DNA of 64,000 nt from Camelus ferus (taxonomy: Eukaryota), in assembly GCF_009834535.1 (NCBI RefSeq), contig NC_045696.1:76820001-76884000 (forward strand). Reading direction: 5' to 3'. Numbering within the stretch: position 1 is the stretch's first letter; each line of letters opens with the position of its first letter. Positions 1 to 12,090 of the stretch are shown in pieces. Below the pieces are notes generated by a model. That model saw nothing but the letters and a program-made list of their open reading frames with translations. It searched no databases and was not told where the DNA came from. A program made the translations under genes and the position numbers.

Positions 1-675
1 ATTAAAAACATAATGTGGTAAGCCTGACACCCATCAGAAATTTTCTTTTAAATGAATATATAGTTGCTATTTTGGACAATGGAGTAGAAATATGTTAAAA
101 AGCACTGTTCAATTCATAATAACTTTGTTATTTCTCAGTGTTTCTTGAAACGTACAATTATAATCATTCAAGTAATTAAAACTTTTTTTCCCCCACTCTA
201 AAAAGTGTTTTTCATAGTCAACATGACTGGAAGACAATGCCCTAGGCTGATTTCTACTCCAGCGTAACACAGATAAGGAAAGTATCGCTGAGTGAGTTGG
301 TTCAAGTTACTCAAAAGACTCTGCGTAATCTTCTATCTAACTGGTGTTTCCAGTCTCAGCATTCATTAATTTTATACTCCACCCCTGACTTTGGCACAGC
401 TAGCCTCTCTTTCATTTACTGAATGCAACTTGTGTATTTCTCCTGGGTTCTTCTGTATCACTATGTAAATTCTACCTGCCAGTTAGGATTCAATTTTGAC
501 CCCTTTATCACCTGCCTGAACCTCCCCAACCCAACCTAATTTTTCCTACCTGTGAGCTCTCATAGGCATTTCTAAGTCATTCTAAAGGCAATTGTGGCAT
601 GGTGCATGGTGTATTACTTAACTTTCATTAATTTGACAACTATCCATTGAACCCTTATTGTGTTTTAAGTACTGA

Positions 676-1167
676 TGTTACCCAACTCGTTCTGCTTGCC
701 ATGTGATAGGCCAGTAAATCAGGAGGCAAGGTGCTGGGGCAAGGAATAACGACACTATTCAGAAAGCCAGCAGACTGAGAAGATGGCAGACTAATGTCAT
801 GGAGAACCATTTTCCTAAAGTCAGAATTCAGATTCCTTTTATACTAAAAGGGGAGGGGGTGTGGTTAGTTATTGCAAACTCCTTGGTGTCGGAATCCTTT
901 GTTCTTGAAGCTGTCCATGTAGTCAGGTCAAGATGCTCCTGTAAACCTCCAACAAATGTTATTCTCCATTCTGCAACTTTTTATCTCTATGTGATTGGAG
1001 AAGTGTTATATCCTCAAGGTCAGAGCCTTGAGAATGGGTGTTCCTGTATATTTCAGGCTATAGGCAACTTTCTTTTACAAAAGGTGCAGAACCAGTAGGA
1101 CTAAGCACAGGGTTAGAGCTGAAGGAACAGATCTAATATGGAGTCAGATTTGTTCTTCCCTATTACA
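676..1167 (-). mobile_element. Solo ERV1-class LTR (MER41-like, cetartiodactyl type), 492 bp, with 4-bp TSD
   Basis: Termini TGTTA...TTACA are flanked by an exact CTGA duplication (672-675 and 1168-1171). A TATAAAA reads on the minus strand (ttttata 837-843). The minus-strand start TGTAATAGGGAAGAACAAATCTGACTCCATATT resembles MER41-group LTRs. It interrupts an L2 3' tail. Confidence 0.85.
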
Positions 1168-2759
1168 CTGAGGAGTCATTGGTACTCGAGAAACACGTAG
1201 TCCCTGTTTTGGAGATTTGATAACCTAATGAGTTTTACTTTATTTTTCTAAGATTATCTTGTTTCCTCTTAAGTTTTTATAAGTGCCTCATAGGGAGAGA
1301 TTTTTATCTCTATCCCAGAATTGTGTCTGGCATTGAGTAGCCTCAAGAAATATGCCTCAAATTATATTCTCAAGAAAATAAGCAAGTTTTTTTTCCCTCC
1401 AAGCACTTATTTTATTTTTCCTTGAAAATTTCTTGACTGTATTAGATGAATGGGGCTTTCGGTGAATGAAAAGTTTTGTGTGGTTCAGCTGAAACTGTAG
1501 CGTAGATTTAGTACCTCAAAACTATTTTAAATTACCCAACAGCCCTTTTGTTATTGCAAAGAAAGGAATGGGAAAAAAACAAAAAGTTGAGCCATGGACG
1601 GTGCTGTATATCAAACAAATGCAAGGTCTGATAGTAGGAAGAGGGAAGTGGTACCTCCTTGCCATTCTATGACCCTAAAAACGAAACAAACTAATAGGAG
1701 CAGAGTCATCTTAATGAGAAGGCTTTATTGGAATGGCATTTTGAATTACAGACAATCATTTAAGTGACCACTCAAGTACTATATTTGGCAGTATATATAA
1801 TTGTGGTGTTAATGAAAATATTCAGGGGCTTTAATTTTAAAAACTGGTAATGTAAATAAAAGCTTTATTTTGATTTCTGTCTGTTTTTTTGATTTCTGTT
1901 ATTTTGATTTCTTACATATTTTGTGCTGCAAGTGTATTTGAAGTTTTTCCAGGGAGTGCTATTTGTTCATTTGTGCCTCCAGAGATGCTGGGCCATGCTC
2001 ATTGGTGGTGGTCTGTGGTACCTGATAATTGGATTATTGCAAAATAAGCAGTGTGGCACAGAACAGTTTCTTCCTTTTTACCCTGTTACGGTCACTGAAG
2101 TGAAAGTGACTGGCATTGCATGTAGTCCAACAAAGGTAACCTTAACTTAGATGGCAAGAAGTCAGGTGTATGGATGGTATCATTTTATGAAACATCAGAA
2201 AGTCTTTTGGTCCCTGCAAAATTTGCCCTCCCTTGTTTGCTGAAACCTGGGGGAATGATTTATTCATTTATTAAACATATTTATTCAAGACTATCATTTA
2301 ACATTTATGTCGGAAAGACTTAAAATGTGGATTCATTCAAGGAGGGGGCCATATGTTTAAAAGTGGGAGAGGTGGTGAAACTTGACCCTGCAGTATTTTG
2401 TCCTGTGTCTTAATAGGGGTACATTTGATTGCAAGGCATATCACTTTCTGTAACTAGTTTTATAAAAATAGAATGTATCAGAAAGATATGGCAATCTCCT
2501 GTAGAACCCAGGGATGGGGGATGAATTTGGCATTTACTTGCTGTGGCAGTTTCAGGGAGAACATCTGTAATCAGTGCAGAGGGAAGATAATAGGATTTAT
2601 TATGGCCTAGGGGCTAGAAGTTCATCTCCAGCCCATGTATGGACTTGACAGAGAACATACATCCAGTGTGCCTGGGTCGGACCTGGGTTTCCTCTTTCAT
2701 CTTTAAGGAACTACAAATTAGTGCCTTCTTTCACTCTTCAAGATGTCCTGCTAAAGCAT

Positions 2760-3169
2760 CATGTAGGTCCTAATCTTTAGAACCTGTAAACCTTACCATA
2801 TGAGGAAAAAGTGTCTTTGCAGATGTAAGTTAATTAGGCATCTTAATATGAAGAGGCTTTCCTGAATTATCTCAGTGGGCCCTACATGCAATCATGGGTC
2901 TCCTTGTAAGTGAGAGGCAGAGGGAGACTTGGTACACAGAGATGGGTGTCATGTGGACACAAGCCAAGGAATCTCGGAGACACGAGAAACTGGAAGAGGC
3001 AAGAAACAGATCCTTCCCTAGAGTCTCCAGCAGAAGGATGACTTTGCTGCTACTACAGTTTTGGTCCAGTGATATTGATTGTGGACTTCTGACTGTTGGA
3101 ACTGTGAGAAAATAAAATTCTATTGTTTTAAGACACCAAGTAATTTGGCAGCCATCAGAAAATAATACA
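2760..3169 (+). mobile_element. MaLR LTR (MLT1C/MLT1D-like)
   Basis: Typical MLT1 motifs: 'gtctttgcagatgtaa', 'gtgggccctacatgcaatca', 'aagccaagga', 'ctggaagaggcaagaaacagat', 'actgtgagaaaataaaattctattgttttaag', ending 'aataca'. It appears nested in an older MLT1-like relic (~2405-3560). Confidence 0.8.
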
Positions 3170-4949
3170 CCTGGCTTGGAAGACCAATTGTGTGGTGACT
3201 CTATTTTTAAAAGATGAGTCCCAGATCTTGGAAAGTTATGTGATCTGATGCAGCACTGTTTCCATCTCTTACTCCTCGTGGGCTGTCATAGTCACTCCTC
3301 TCTGCACCTCTGTGTTATTCTTCTTTCTCTTAGTGGAACAGACTTTCTTCACTTAATCTGCCAGACCTCCCCAACAATACATCCTGGCTCCAAAAATACA
3401 TGAATCTAAAAGTCTAGCATCTGAGTCTGATTGACTATTTTTTCTCCAGTGTACCAATTCTCAGTCCCTAGGGAAGAAAATGAGATTGGCTCAGATCTGT
3501 CTCCAGATGAGTTCCTCATGTGTTAACTGTGTTTTCTTTATCTGATCAGTGGTGATGAGTGGTGGGGAGGGGTCTCATACTAGAAACATGCTTGAGATCA
3601 AGCCTATTTCTTAGAAGATGTATATGTATGGTGGGTAGTTCAAGAGAAGGAAGCCTGGACAAAGAAAACTCCAAAAAGGTCCACTTGTTTAAAAAAAAAA
3701 TTAGCCCAGTAAATAGTAGACTTTCCAATACTCATGAATATTTATTGCTACAATCAAGAGAAGTTTTGAGATCAAAAAGAAAGGTTTCAGTTTGAAAGTC
3801 CTTGGTGGTATTTTTCCTTACGTATTTCATGTCTGAATTTTTCTGAGTTGAAGTTTAGAAAATACTAATTTCTTTGAAATCTTCCTTGAATATCAAATCA
3901 ATCATATAATCTTCCCTTCATAAAATCAAAAAAATTTCTTTGAGGCTTTTATTGGTGTGTTTGCTTTCCATATGTCATCATCATTGACTCACTGAATATT
4001 ATAATCTATTAAGAAATACATTGGAAAGAACAGTGACATTCAGAAGTTCCTGAACTATATTTCCTTTGAGACAATACAGATATCTACTTCTTTACTAGTA
4101 AATGTTCAGTAAATGAAACTTCTTCCTGTTCAGGTCTTCCTTGAACCTTTACAGAGAAGTCCCATGTGCTGAGGGAATATGCATGTGTGTCTTCTCATTT
4201 GCTGTAAAATGTAGCCAGCCTGGTGGCACATTGCATCCCTTTGTATCCTACCTTCGCATGTCATCCTTCTTTTTTTTCTTTACTCCCAGCATTTTGGACC
4301 TATCCCTTCCAAATAAAGTGTTAACATCTTAATTCTCACCTCAGAGGATCCAGAATTTCTTAATAACCCCGGCCAAGACATTACCCAATACCTTCCTTGT
4401 GATTGAAGAGAATTCTATCTTTTCACTTTAAATTATACTTTATGTGAATCTTTCTGATACGTGAAAATCCAGTGGTGGGTTTGCATGCTGCGTGTTAGTG
4501 ACCTGGAAAATTAAACATTTAATCTAAATCTCCTAGGTATACTTAGTTGGATTCCGTGCCGTCTGCTATGAGACCAAAAGGGAAAAAGAAAGAAAACAAC
4601 AATAACAACAAAAAAGCTAGCCTAGATTAATAGAGGTTTGAATTTTAATAGGTAAGGGGCTCCTGAGCCAGGAAGAAATACATCCAAAAAAAGTGTGTAG
4701 GGTTGTCTCTGAAAATAGGATAAGCTCATTATACTTTCATACAAAGAGAAACTGTAAGATTCTTAGAGCCTTCGTGTTTCTGTGTACGAAACTACATGTA
4801 CTTTTAAATTTATTTTGTAAAATCTCTTGAGATATTTCCGAGTGCTGCAATACCTAGGCACATTTAAAATTAGAAGGAAATTTTGGCTTTAAAGTGGCAG
4901 GAGGTTGAACTGAATCTAGAAGTCTTACAATATTTTCAGAAAAAAACTC

Positions 4950-5085
4950 TGGCCTTGGAATTTGGAGGCCAGAATCGAACTTCTGGCTCTGCTACTCTGT
5001 GTGACCTTGGGCAAATTACAGTTCTCTCTGAGCTTCAGGTTCCTTATCTCCTGAATGGGGAGACTGTAATAGATTTTCCATCTGT
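4950..5085 (+). mobile_element. MIR SINE fragment
   Basis: MIR core 'tctggctctgctactctgtgtgaccttgggcaaattacagttctctctgagcttcaggttccttatct'. Confidence 0.8.
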
Positions 5086-5769
5086 AACATTTCTTGTTTT
5101 CCTTGGACCTTCATGCCTCAGGGTTGAGAAAATTCTAAATAACCAGCAGCCTTAACCTTGAGGTTCACATTGGGTGCTCCATCTTTGTAGTTTTTGAAGG
5201 TAACCTTATCGTAGCAGGAAAAGAAAAAGATAACAATGGAATGGCAATGACTAATCTGTTATCCAAACCCCATATAATTAATGACCCATGTATTATAGAA
5301 GCATGAACTCTGTGGGAAATGAGTTTTATAATAACAATACTCTGTCAACTAAGACCTGAGGAGCATAGTTGATGCCAGTTCTACCCCTGTGAGAACTGTG
5401 ACAGTTTTCCTGGTCTGATAATGAAAGGATGACTAAGCTGTAAGGTCTTGTATGCTCTGTTAAAGACTTACTGTCAACAGTGTTAATGTGCACAGTGAAG
5501 AAATGTAGTGTTTTGAATGGTTGATTTTCAAATACTAAATTATCATCTGTAAGTCGCCATACAGTCTGCCCAGAAACTGTCTTTCTTGAACATTGCCAGT
5601 GTTTTGTGTTTGAAAGTCTTGTAGATTGCATTGGGTACCATGTTATTTCTATAGGAAATCATTGACATTGATCTTCTGGCTGAGGAAGGCTAGGGTTTGA
5701 GGACAGACTTAAATTTTGCTTGCTACTGAGTTTGCTTTAGATGATTTGTAGAAACCTGTGGAGAATGTG

Positions 5770-5793
5770 ATATATATATATATATATATATAT
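5770..5793. repeat. (AT)n microsatellite
   Basis: Directly visible AT dinucleotide run. Confidence 0.95.
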
Positions 5794-6029
5794 CATTATA
5801 TGTAAGAAAAGTTGTTAACAGTGCGTTACTGAATGTTGTTTATGTGCACTTCTTACCTTCCGCTGACTGCTTTGTCCACTCTCTGCACATACATATTTTG
5901 CCGTTACTTGTTCCTTCATGTGGTTTGATTAGCTTTAGACAACAGACAATGCTTCTGTAAATATCTAAGCAGAACATAGTCAAGAAAACAAATAGTTAAG
6001 AAGAAAGAAATATAATTGTTGATATTACA

Positions 6030-6260
6030 GAAAAGAGCAATGGAATAAAAAGCTGGATGTTTGATATCTAATGTTCATCCTGGCTCTAATTTACTGTATG
6101 ATTTTGTAAAAGTTCAGTGAATTCTTTGGCATCAGTTTCCTTATCTGTAAAATAGGCATCACTGTACCTGATCTGTTTTCTTCACAATTTAGTGTGAGGG
6201 TCAGTGGGATGATTGATGTGGATACTCTTGGAAATTTTAAAGATTTTGGTCACATGTAAG
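6030..6260 (+). mobile_element. MIR SINE
   Basis: Contains 'catcctggctctaatttactgtatg' and 'catcagtttccttatctgtaaaatagg'. Confidence 0.7.
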
Positions 6261-6659
6261 ATATTAAAAAACAGAATTACAGAATTTGGGAGATGAAAAA
6301 AACCTCAGCTGAACTGGTCTCAACCCTAGTGTAGAAGCAAACTACTACACTGCAGTCAAGTAGAGTGGGTCAAAAGACTCTATTGCAAACAATTGCCAAT
6401 AATTTCTATTTCTACCTATGAAGGAGCAGTGGTTGTGAGACTTTCCCTCCCACTGAAAACAAAAGAAAGATTGGAAAAATATACTAGATTGGTGTGGCTA
6501 AAGCATAAAAGTGTATGGGAGTGCATGGCAAATTGGTAGGTTAGTAAAGAGTATGTTTGGCAATAGACAGTGGCTTGTTTCATTGCAGTGTAGCAGTAAT
6601 TACGGGAGATAAAACTGAAAGGGTGGTTGATATCAGATGATGAAGTATTGCAAATCCAA

Positions 6660-8950
6660 GACTAACCACTAAAAAAATTTGAATAAAAGAATTATAACTC
6701 ATCAGACACTACTGGGGATAAAGTAGCATCCTCAAATTACTCACTTAATCCAAAAGAATACATGAAAAAAGGAAAAAGAATAAAAAAAACAGATTGGAAG
6801 AATAGAAAAGAAATAGTGACATAATAAGTTTAAACTCAGTGATAACAGCCATTACGTTCAACGTAAATGGTCTAAACACTGCAATGAAAAATCTTTAATT
6901 GTCAGACTGGATAAAAAAAGTAGGCCTCAATTATATGGATTCTACGAAAAAATCTAAAAACAAACAGATTAAAAGTAAAGGACTAGGAAAAATATACCAT
7001 ATAAATCCTAATTATAAGAAAACTGGTATTATTAGTATCAAAATAAATTTCTAAACAAGGAATATTATGAGGCAAAAAGAGGGACAGTTTACAGTAATAA
7101 AGTACTCAATTCATGAGTAAGGTATAGCCATCCCAAATGTGTATTCACTTAATGACAGGGCATCAAAACATATGAAACAGAAACTTACAGAACTCAAAGA
7201 AACAAATCCACAATTATAGTTGGCAATTTCAACACACCTCTCTCTTAGTAATTAACAGAAGACTGAAAATTGGTAAGGACGTACAAGATTTGGACAATAC
7301 TATCAGTGAACATGACTAGTGGACACTTACTGAACACTCCACCCCACAACAGAAGAATACACATTTTTCAAAAGGGTATGTGGACATTCAGTAAGAGATG
7401 CTGGGCCACTAAAGCACGTCTCAGTTAATTTCAAAGGATCAGGATCATTCAGAGTATGCTCTCCGATCTCAGTGGAATTAAATTAGAAACGAGTAACAGT
7501 AATACCTACTTCACAGCCCCAAATAGTTGTAAATTAAATAGTACATTTCTCAGTAACCCACGCTCAAAGGAAAAAAGTAGGAAGAATTTGGAAATATTTT
7601 AAACTGAATAAAAATGAAACATAATATAGTAAAATCTATATCCTGCAGATAAAGCAGTGGTTATAGTGATATTTATCCCAGGAAAGTGACTGGTTATACA
7701 TTAAAAAAGGAGTCCTTGTAATTCACCATACTAACATATTAAAAAGAAAATCCATATGATCAACACAATAGATGCAGCAAAAAGATACTTGACAAAATTT
7801 GATTAACTCTCATGGCAAATGCAGAATTGAAGAGATTTATCTCCACCTGATAAAGGGCTGACATCATTCTTAACGGCCAAACACCAAATGCTTTCCTCCT
7901 GTGATCAGGAACAAAGTGAGATTGCCTGATCTTGTCATTTCTGTTCACCATTGTCCTAGAGGTCCTATCAGTGAAATAGAGCAAGAAAAAGAAAAAAAAA
8001 ACACATTCAGATTGAAAAGGAAGAAGTAAATTTGCCTTTATTAAAGGATGACATATTGTGTACGTAGAAAATCCTAAGTGATTTACAAAAAAGCAACGTC
8101 ATAGAATACAAGGTCAAGATAGCAAAAAAAAAATTGTATTTCTGTATATTGGTCATGATCTATTTGAAAATGAAAAACAAAAACCATTTGCAGTAGCATC
8201 CAAAAACAAAAGGGAAAAATTTAACAGGCTGTGTAAAAGACTTATACACTGAAAACCATAAATATTGTTAAAATAATTTAAAGAAGGTGTAAGTGAATGC
8301 GATTTATAATGTTCATGACCCAATATTAAGACATCAATTCTCCTCAAATCAATCTGTAGACTCAGTGAAGTTCTCATGAATATCCCAGCAAATTTATTTT
8401 TGTAATTTGATAAACTGACTCTAAAATTTCTATGACAATTTGAAGAACTTGTAATAGCCAAAACAATTCTGAAGGAGAACAAAGTTGTAGAACTTTCACT
8501 ACCTGATTTCAAGGAGTTTTATAATTCTGCGATAATTACCACTTCTGTATAGTGTTGGCAACCAGAGAAACATACAGATGCGTAGAACAGAACAGAAAAC
8601 ATACAGATGTGTAGAACAGAACAGAGAGTTGAGAAGTGGACCACAAATATATGGCCAATTTTCAACAAAGGTGCCAAAGCAATTTAATGAGAAAGCAAAG
8701 TATTTTCAATAAATGTTGTTAACAACTGGATATCCATATTCCAAAATATTGAACTAAATTCTTAACTCACACAATATACAAAATGAAGTTGAATTATAGA
8801 AATAAATGTAAAAATTAAAACTCTGAGACTTCTAGAAGGAAACATAAGAGAAACCCTTCTGACCTTGGGGTAGGTTATTTCTTAAATAGAATACAAAATG
8901 CACAAACCATAAAAAAATTGTCAAATTGAAATTCATCAAATTGAAAATGT
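6660..8950 (+). mobile_element. Old LINE-1 (L1M-type) ORF2 relic, endonuclease to C-terminal region, internally deleted
   Basis: Decayed ORF2 motifs occur in order: ITFNVNGLN (6841-6880), IIVGNFNTPLS (~7212), LHPTTEEYTF (~7336), SD.SGIKLE (~7460), SGT.../LFTIVLEVL (~7905-7965), KEEVNL...DD (~8018), then downstream ORF2 sequence to ~8950. Many stops and frameshifts. Confidence 0.9.
8568..8625. repeat. 29-bp tandem duplication inside L1
   Basis: AAACATACAGATG(C/T)GTAGAACAGAACAGA x2 (8568-8596, 8597-8625), with one CpG-type mismatch. Confidence 0.9.
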
Positions 8951-9150
8951 CTGTTAGGGCCAGATGGTAAATGTTTTGGGCTTGGTAAACCTTATGATCT
9001 CTGTTGCAGCACTTCGACTCTGCTGTTGTGATGCAACAGATCTCATAAAAGATGTGAAACAAATGGGGGTGGCTGTGTCCCAGGAAGCCTTTATTTACAA
9101 AACAGGCAGTGTGCAGGGCTCGTGGGCTCTGGTGAACTGACACTACTCTG
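8950..9150. mobile_element. MER58A hAT-Charlie MITE (left end missing)
   Basis: 'agggccagatggtaaatgttttgggctt...tctctgttgcagcacttcgactctgctgttgtg...ggggtggctgtgtccc...ctttatttacaaaacaggc' follows the MER58A consensus. Confidence 0.85.
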
Positions 9151-9829
9151 GTTTGACACAAACTGTATCTTGAGGCTCAGCAAGATGAATGATTTCCTCA
9201 AAATAATGAAATAACTTAATGGCAGAAGCCAGACAGAATCCCAGATTCTTCCTAGTTCAACTTGTTATTCCTTTTATTAATAAATTTGAAGGAAAGAATT
9301 CTCTTCAGCTTATAACTAGGCATTTATGCAACTGTAGGTACTCAAGTATTGATTCATGGAATTCCTTTTTTCTTATATTCAGTACTTTGATCAAGGCTTT
9401 TCTTCTGTTGGAAGGAAGAAACTGAAATTAAGCGACTTTGTGTTCTTTTCCCCCTTGTATTATTTGAAAGCTTGCTCTCACCAGCAGCATCATTCACAAG
9501 AAGATATAAAAAGTGATTTTATATTCATGTGAACATTTTTATTTAATTATGTCAACACAGAATCATGGCAGTTGTTCATATTTTGACATGATTATTGTGG
9601 AGAAAATCACCCATTAAGTTATTACAATAAAGGGAACATGACAGGCAAGCATCACAGAATCTTTTTTTCATAAAATGAGTATTTCAAAGAGGAAAACAGG
9701 AAAAGAATAAATATGCCTTTGCTTTGTGTCACTCTTAAAAAAAACCCTGCTGTGTTCAAATGAAGCAGAAGTGAAGGAATGAACCACTGTAGTATAGTTT
9801 TAGGAATGGAAAATTCTTAGACTAGAATA

Positions 9830-10040
9830 AACCAGGTATTATGCAAGGAATTTTACCTACATTTTCTCATTTTACCTTTATAGCACCACTTGCAGGTTAA
9901 GTCTAATTGTCTCTATTATGTGGATGTAGAAACTGCTATTCCAGGAAATTTAGTAACTTTATAGAGTTTGATGCAGCTGGGAAAGGTGTGGACCTATCAA
10001 CTCAAACCCAGGTCTGTCAGACCATTAAATCTTTGCTTTG
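9830..10040 (-). mobile_element. MIR SINE
   Basis: Reverse-orientation MIR: 'ccaggtattatgcaag...ctcatttt...gatgtagaaactg...tagtaactt...actcaaacccaggtctgtcagac'. Confidence 0.7.
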
Positions 10041-10868
10041 AAGTTTATGCATCTGGGAAAGAAAATAGGAAAAAAAAAAACTGGGAGAGTTTTATAGAGA
10101 TCCAATTAGTAAATATGGTCACAACATTAAACAATGAATCCAGACTATGTAATTACACCATAAACACTTGCAATGCCTTTTATTTCACATTGTAGATAAT
10201 TACAGAGAGCCCGTATTCTGAATTCTTCTATGTTTGTATTCAAGGAGAGGGGAGAAAAAGTAATTAAAATACCGAGTGTAATTTTAAGACATGTGCACTG
10301 AACCATTTTTTGTTTGGATAAAACATGGATACAGACAATTACTGGCACTGCAAAAGTTGAGAGAAATGATCTGAAGTAACCTCTTTCCCCCGTTAGTATA
10401 GGTTAAAGCAATGACAACGGAGTAGGCTTGTAGCCTTGACAACAATTACATTGTTCCACTGGAGGCACATGGATTTCTAAGAGATTTTGGTGGTTATTTT
10501 ATTATTAAGTTAGAAAAGCTCATGAGATCTCTGCTGGGGCTGAGAAAATGGGATTATGTGATTAGGTCGTGTCAGGCTGACCCTTACTTAAAGTCCCCAT
10601 TAATGTCTCTGCAGAAAATCTTGGCAAAAGCAGTTTACTTTTCAGATGTCAGCATCTCTTTGGGACTATTATAGGCATAACTTAAATTCAAGAAAGAAAA
10701 GCAAATATGTTTCCAGTTTGTGAGTGTATTTTGTAGGTTTGTAAGTAAATATAGTCTAGGCATGGAATTTGTAATTATGCTTCTGCAGGAGGTCTGACAG
10801 TAAGGCTTTTTGGTGGGAAGTTGAGAGCAAGGAGAAGATGAAATCGATAATGCCTTGAGCTTGGCTGT

Positions 10869-10994
10869 GGGTTTTCCCAGAAGAAATAATGCAAAGCCGT
10901 CAAATGGATGACAGTTTCTGAAGTCTGCAAGACCAACGTTCTGCGAGTCTTGACAGATGAAGCATTGCAAAGGCCACGTGGCACGGGAATTCCC
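10869..10994. promoter_or_regulatory. Candidate enhancer motif cluster: kB-like site + GAS + E-box + NF-kB palindrome
   Basis: GGGTTTTCCC (10869-10878) overlaps TTCCCAGAA (10874-10882). GCCACGTGGC (10973-10982) lies two bases from GGGAATTCCC (10985-10994). The sequence is non-repetitive. Confidence 0.4.
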
Positions 10995-11334
10995 ACATTT
11001 CCACTCTAATTTCATCTCCTTTTTAAAAACTTTGGCAGCTGAAGTTGCAGCAGCTGACCTCTAACTGCTACTCAGAGGGAACATGAGTGCCGATCCAAGG
11101 CAGGCAGGGTAGCAGGCTCATTATGGAGAAGGGCTGTTAGTGGTCATAGGTTCAGTTGGAAGATGTAGAGAAGAGGGTTCTGTGCTGATGTCCGTGAGTG
11201 GTTACCTTATAGATATTTGGTTTGTATCTTCAAGGAAGCAGCCCAGTGAAGACAGACATCCCTGGATCTGAGTCCTAGTTTTACCACTGACAGCTGTGTG
11301 ACCTTGGTCCACTTTTTAACTTCTTCAAGCTTAT

Positions 11335-12090
11335 TTCTTTCTTTTTAAATTTAACTGAAGTATAGTTGATTTACAAACCTGTGTTAGTTTCAGATGTACA
11401 GCAAAATGATTCAGTCGTAATATGCTTTTTCAGATTATTTTCCATTTTAGGTTATTACAAGATACTGAATATTGTCCTGTGCTATACAGTAAATCCTTGT
11501 TGCTTCTCTATTTTATGTATAGTAGCTTGCATCTGTTAATCCCATATTCCTAATTTATCACCCTCCTCTCTTTCCCCTTTGCTAACCATAAATTTGTCTC
11601 CTATGTCTGTGAGTCTGTTTTCTGTTTTATATATAGATTCATTTGTATTATTTTTTTGATTCCACAGATAAGTTTCTGTCTGACTTATTTCACTTAGTAT
11701 GATAATGTCTGTGTCCATTCATGTTGCTGCAAATGGCAATATTTTATTTTCTGTGGCTTAGTGATACTCCATTGCATATATGTACCATATCTTCTTAAAC
11801 CAAGCATGTGTTGATGGGCCTTTGGGTTGTTTCACGTCTTAGCTATTGTAGACGGTGCTGCTGTGAACACTGGGGTGCATGTATCTTTTTAAATTAGAGT
11901 TTTCATCTTTTTGGGATATATGCCTCAGAGTGTGATTGCTGGATCATATGATAGTTCTATTTTTTTAAGGAGCATCTCTACCGTTTTCCACAGTGGCTGA
12001 GCCAATTTACATTCCCACCAACAATGTAAGAGGGTTCCCTTTTCTCCACACCCTCTCCAGCATTTGTTATTTGTAGACTTTTATTATTTT
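11335..12090 (-). mobile_element. 5'-truncated LINE-1 (3' UTR plus end of ORF2), cetartiodactyl type, inserted next to a MIR
   Basis: Poly-T is followed by 'gaagtatagttgatttaca...tgtacagcaaaatgattcagt'. Minus-strand translations 'MDTDIIILSEISQTE' and '[22 protein letters not shown]' match L1 ORF2 C-terminal sequence. A MIR core lies at ~11260-11335. Confidence 0.9.

Noticed and set aside
1..297. Coding exons at the window start (donor TG|gtaagc at 17/18; possible exon 218-291 ending in gtgagt)
   Set aside because: The 218-291 segment has stops in all three frames, and the first 17 nt are too short to evaluate.
676..1167. STAT1 GAS sites in the MER41-like LTR
   Set aside because: Only TTCTTGAA (2-bp spacer) is present; there is no canonical TTCNNNGAA.
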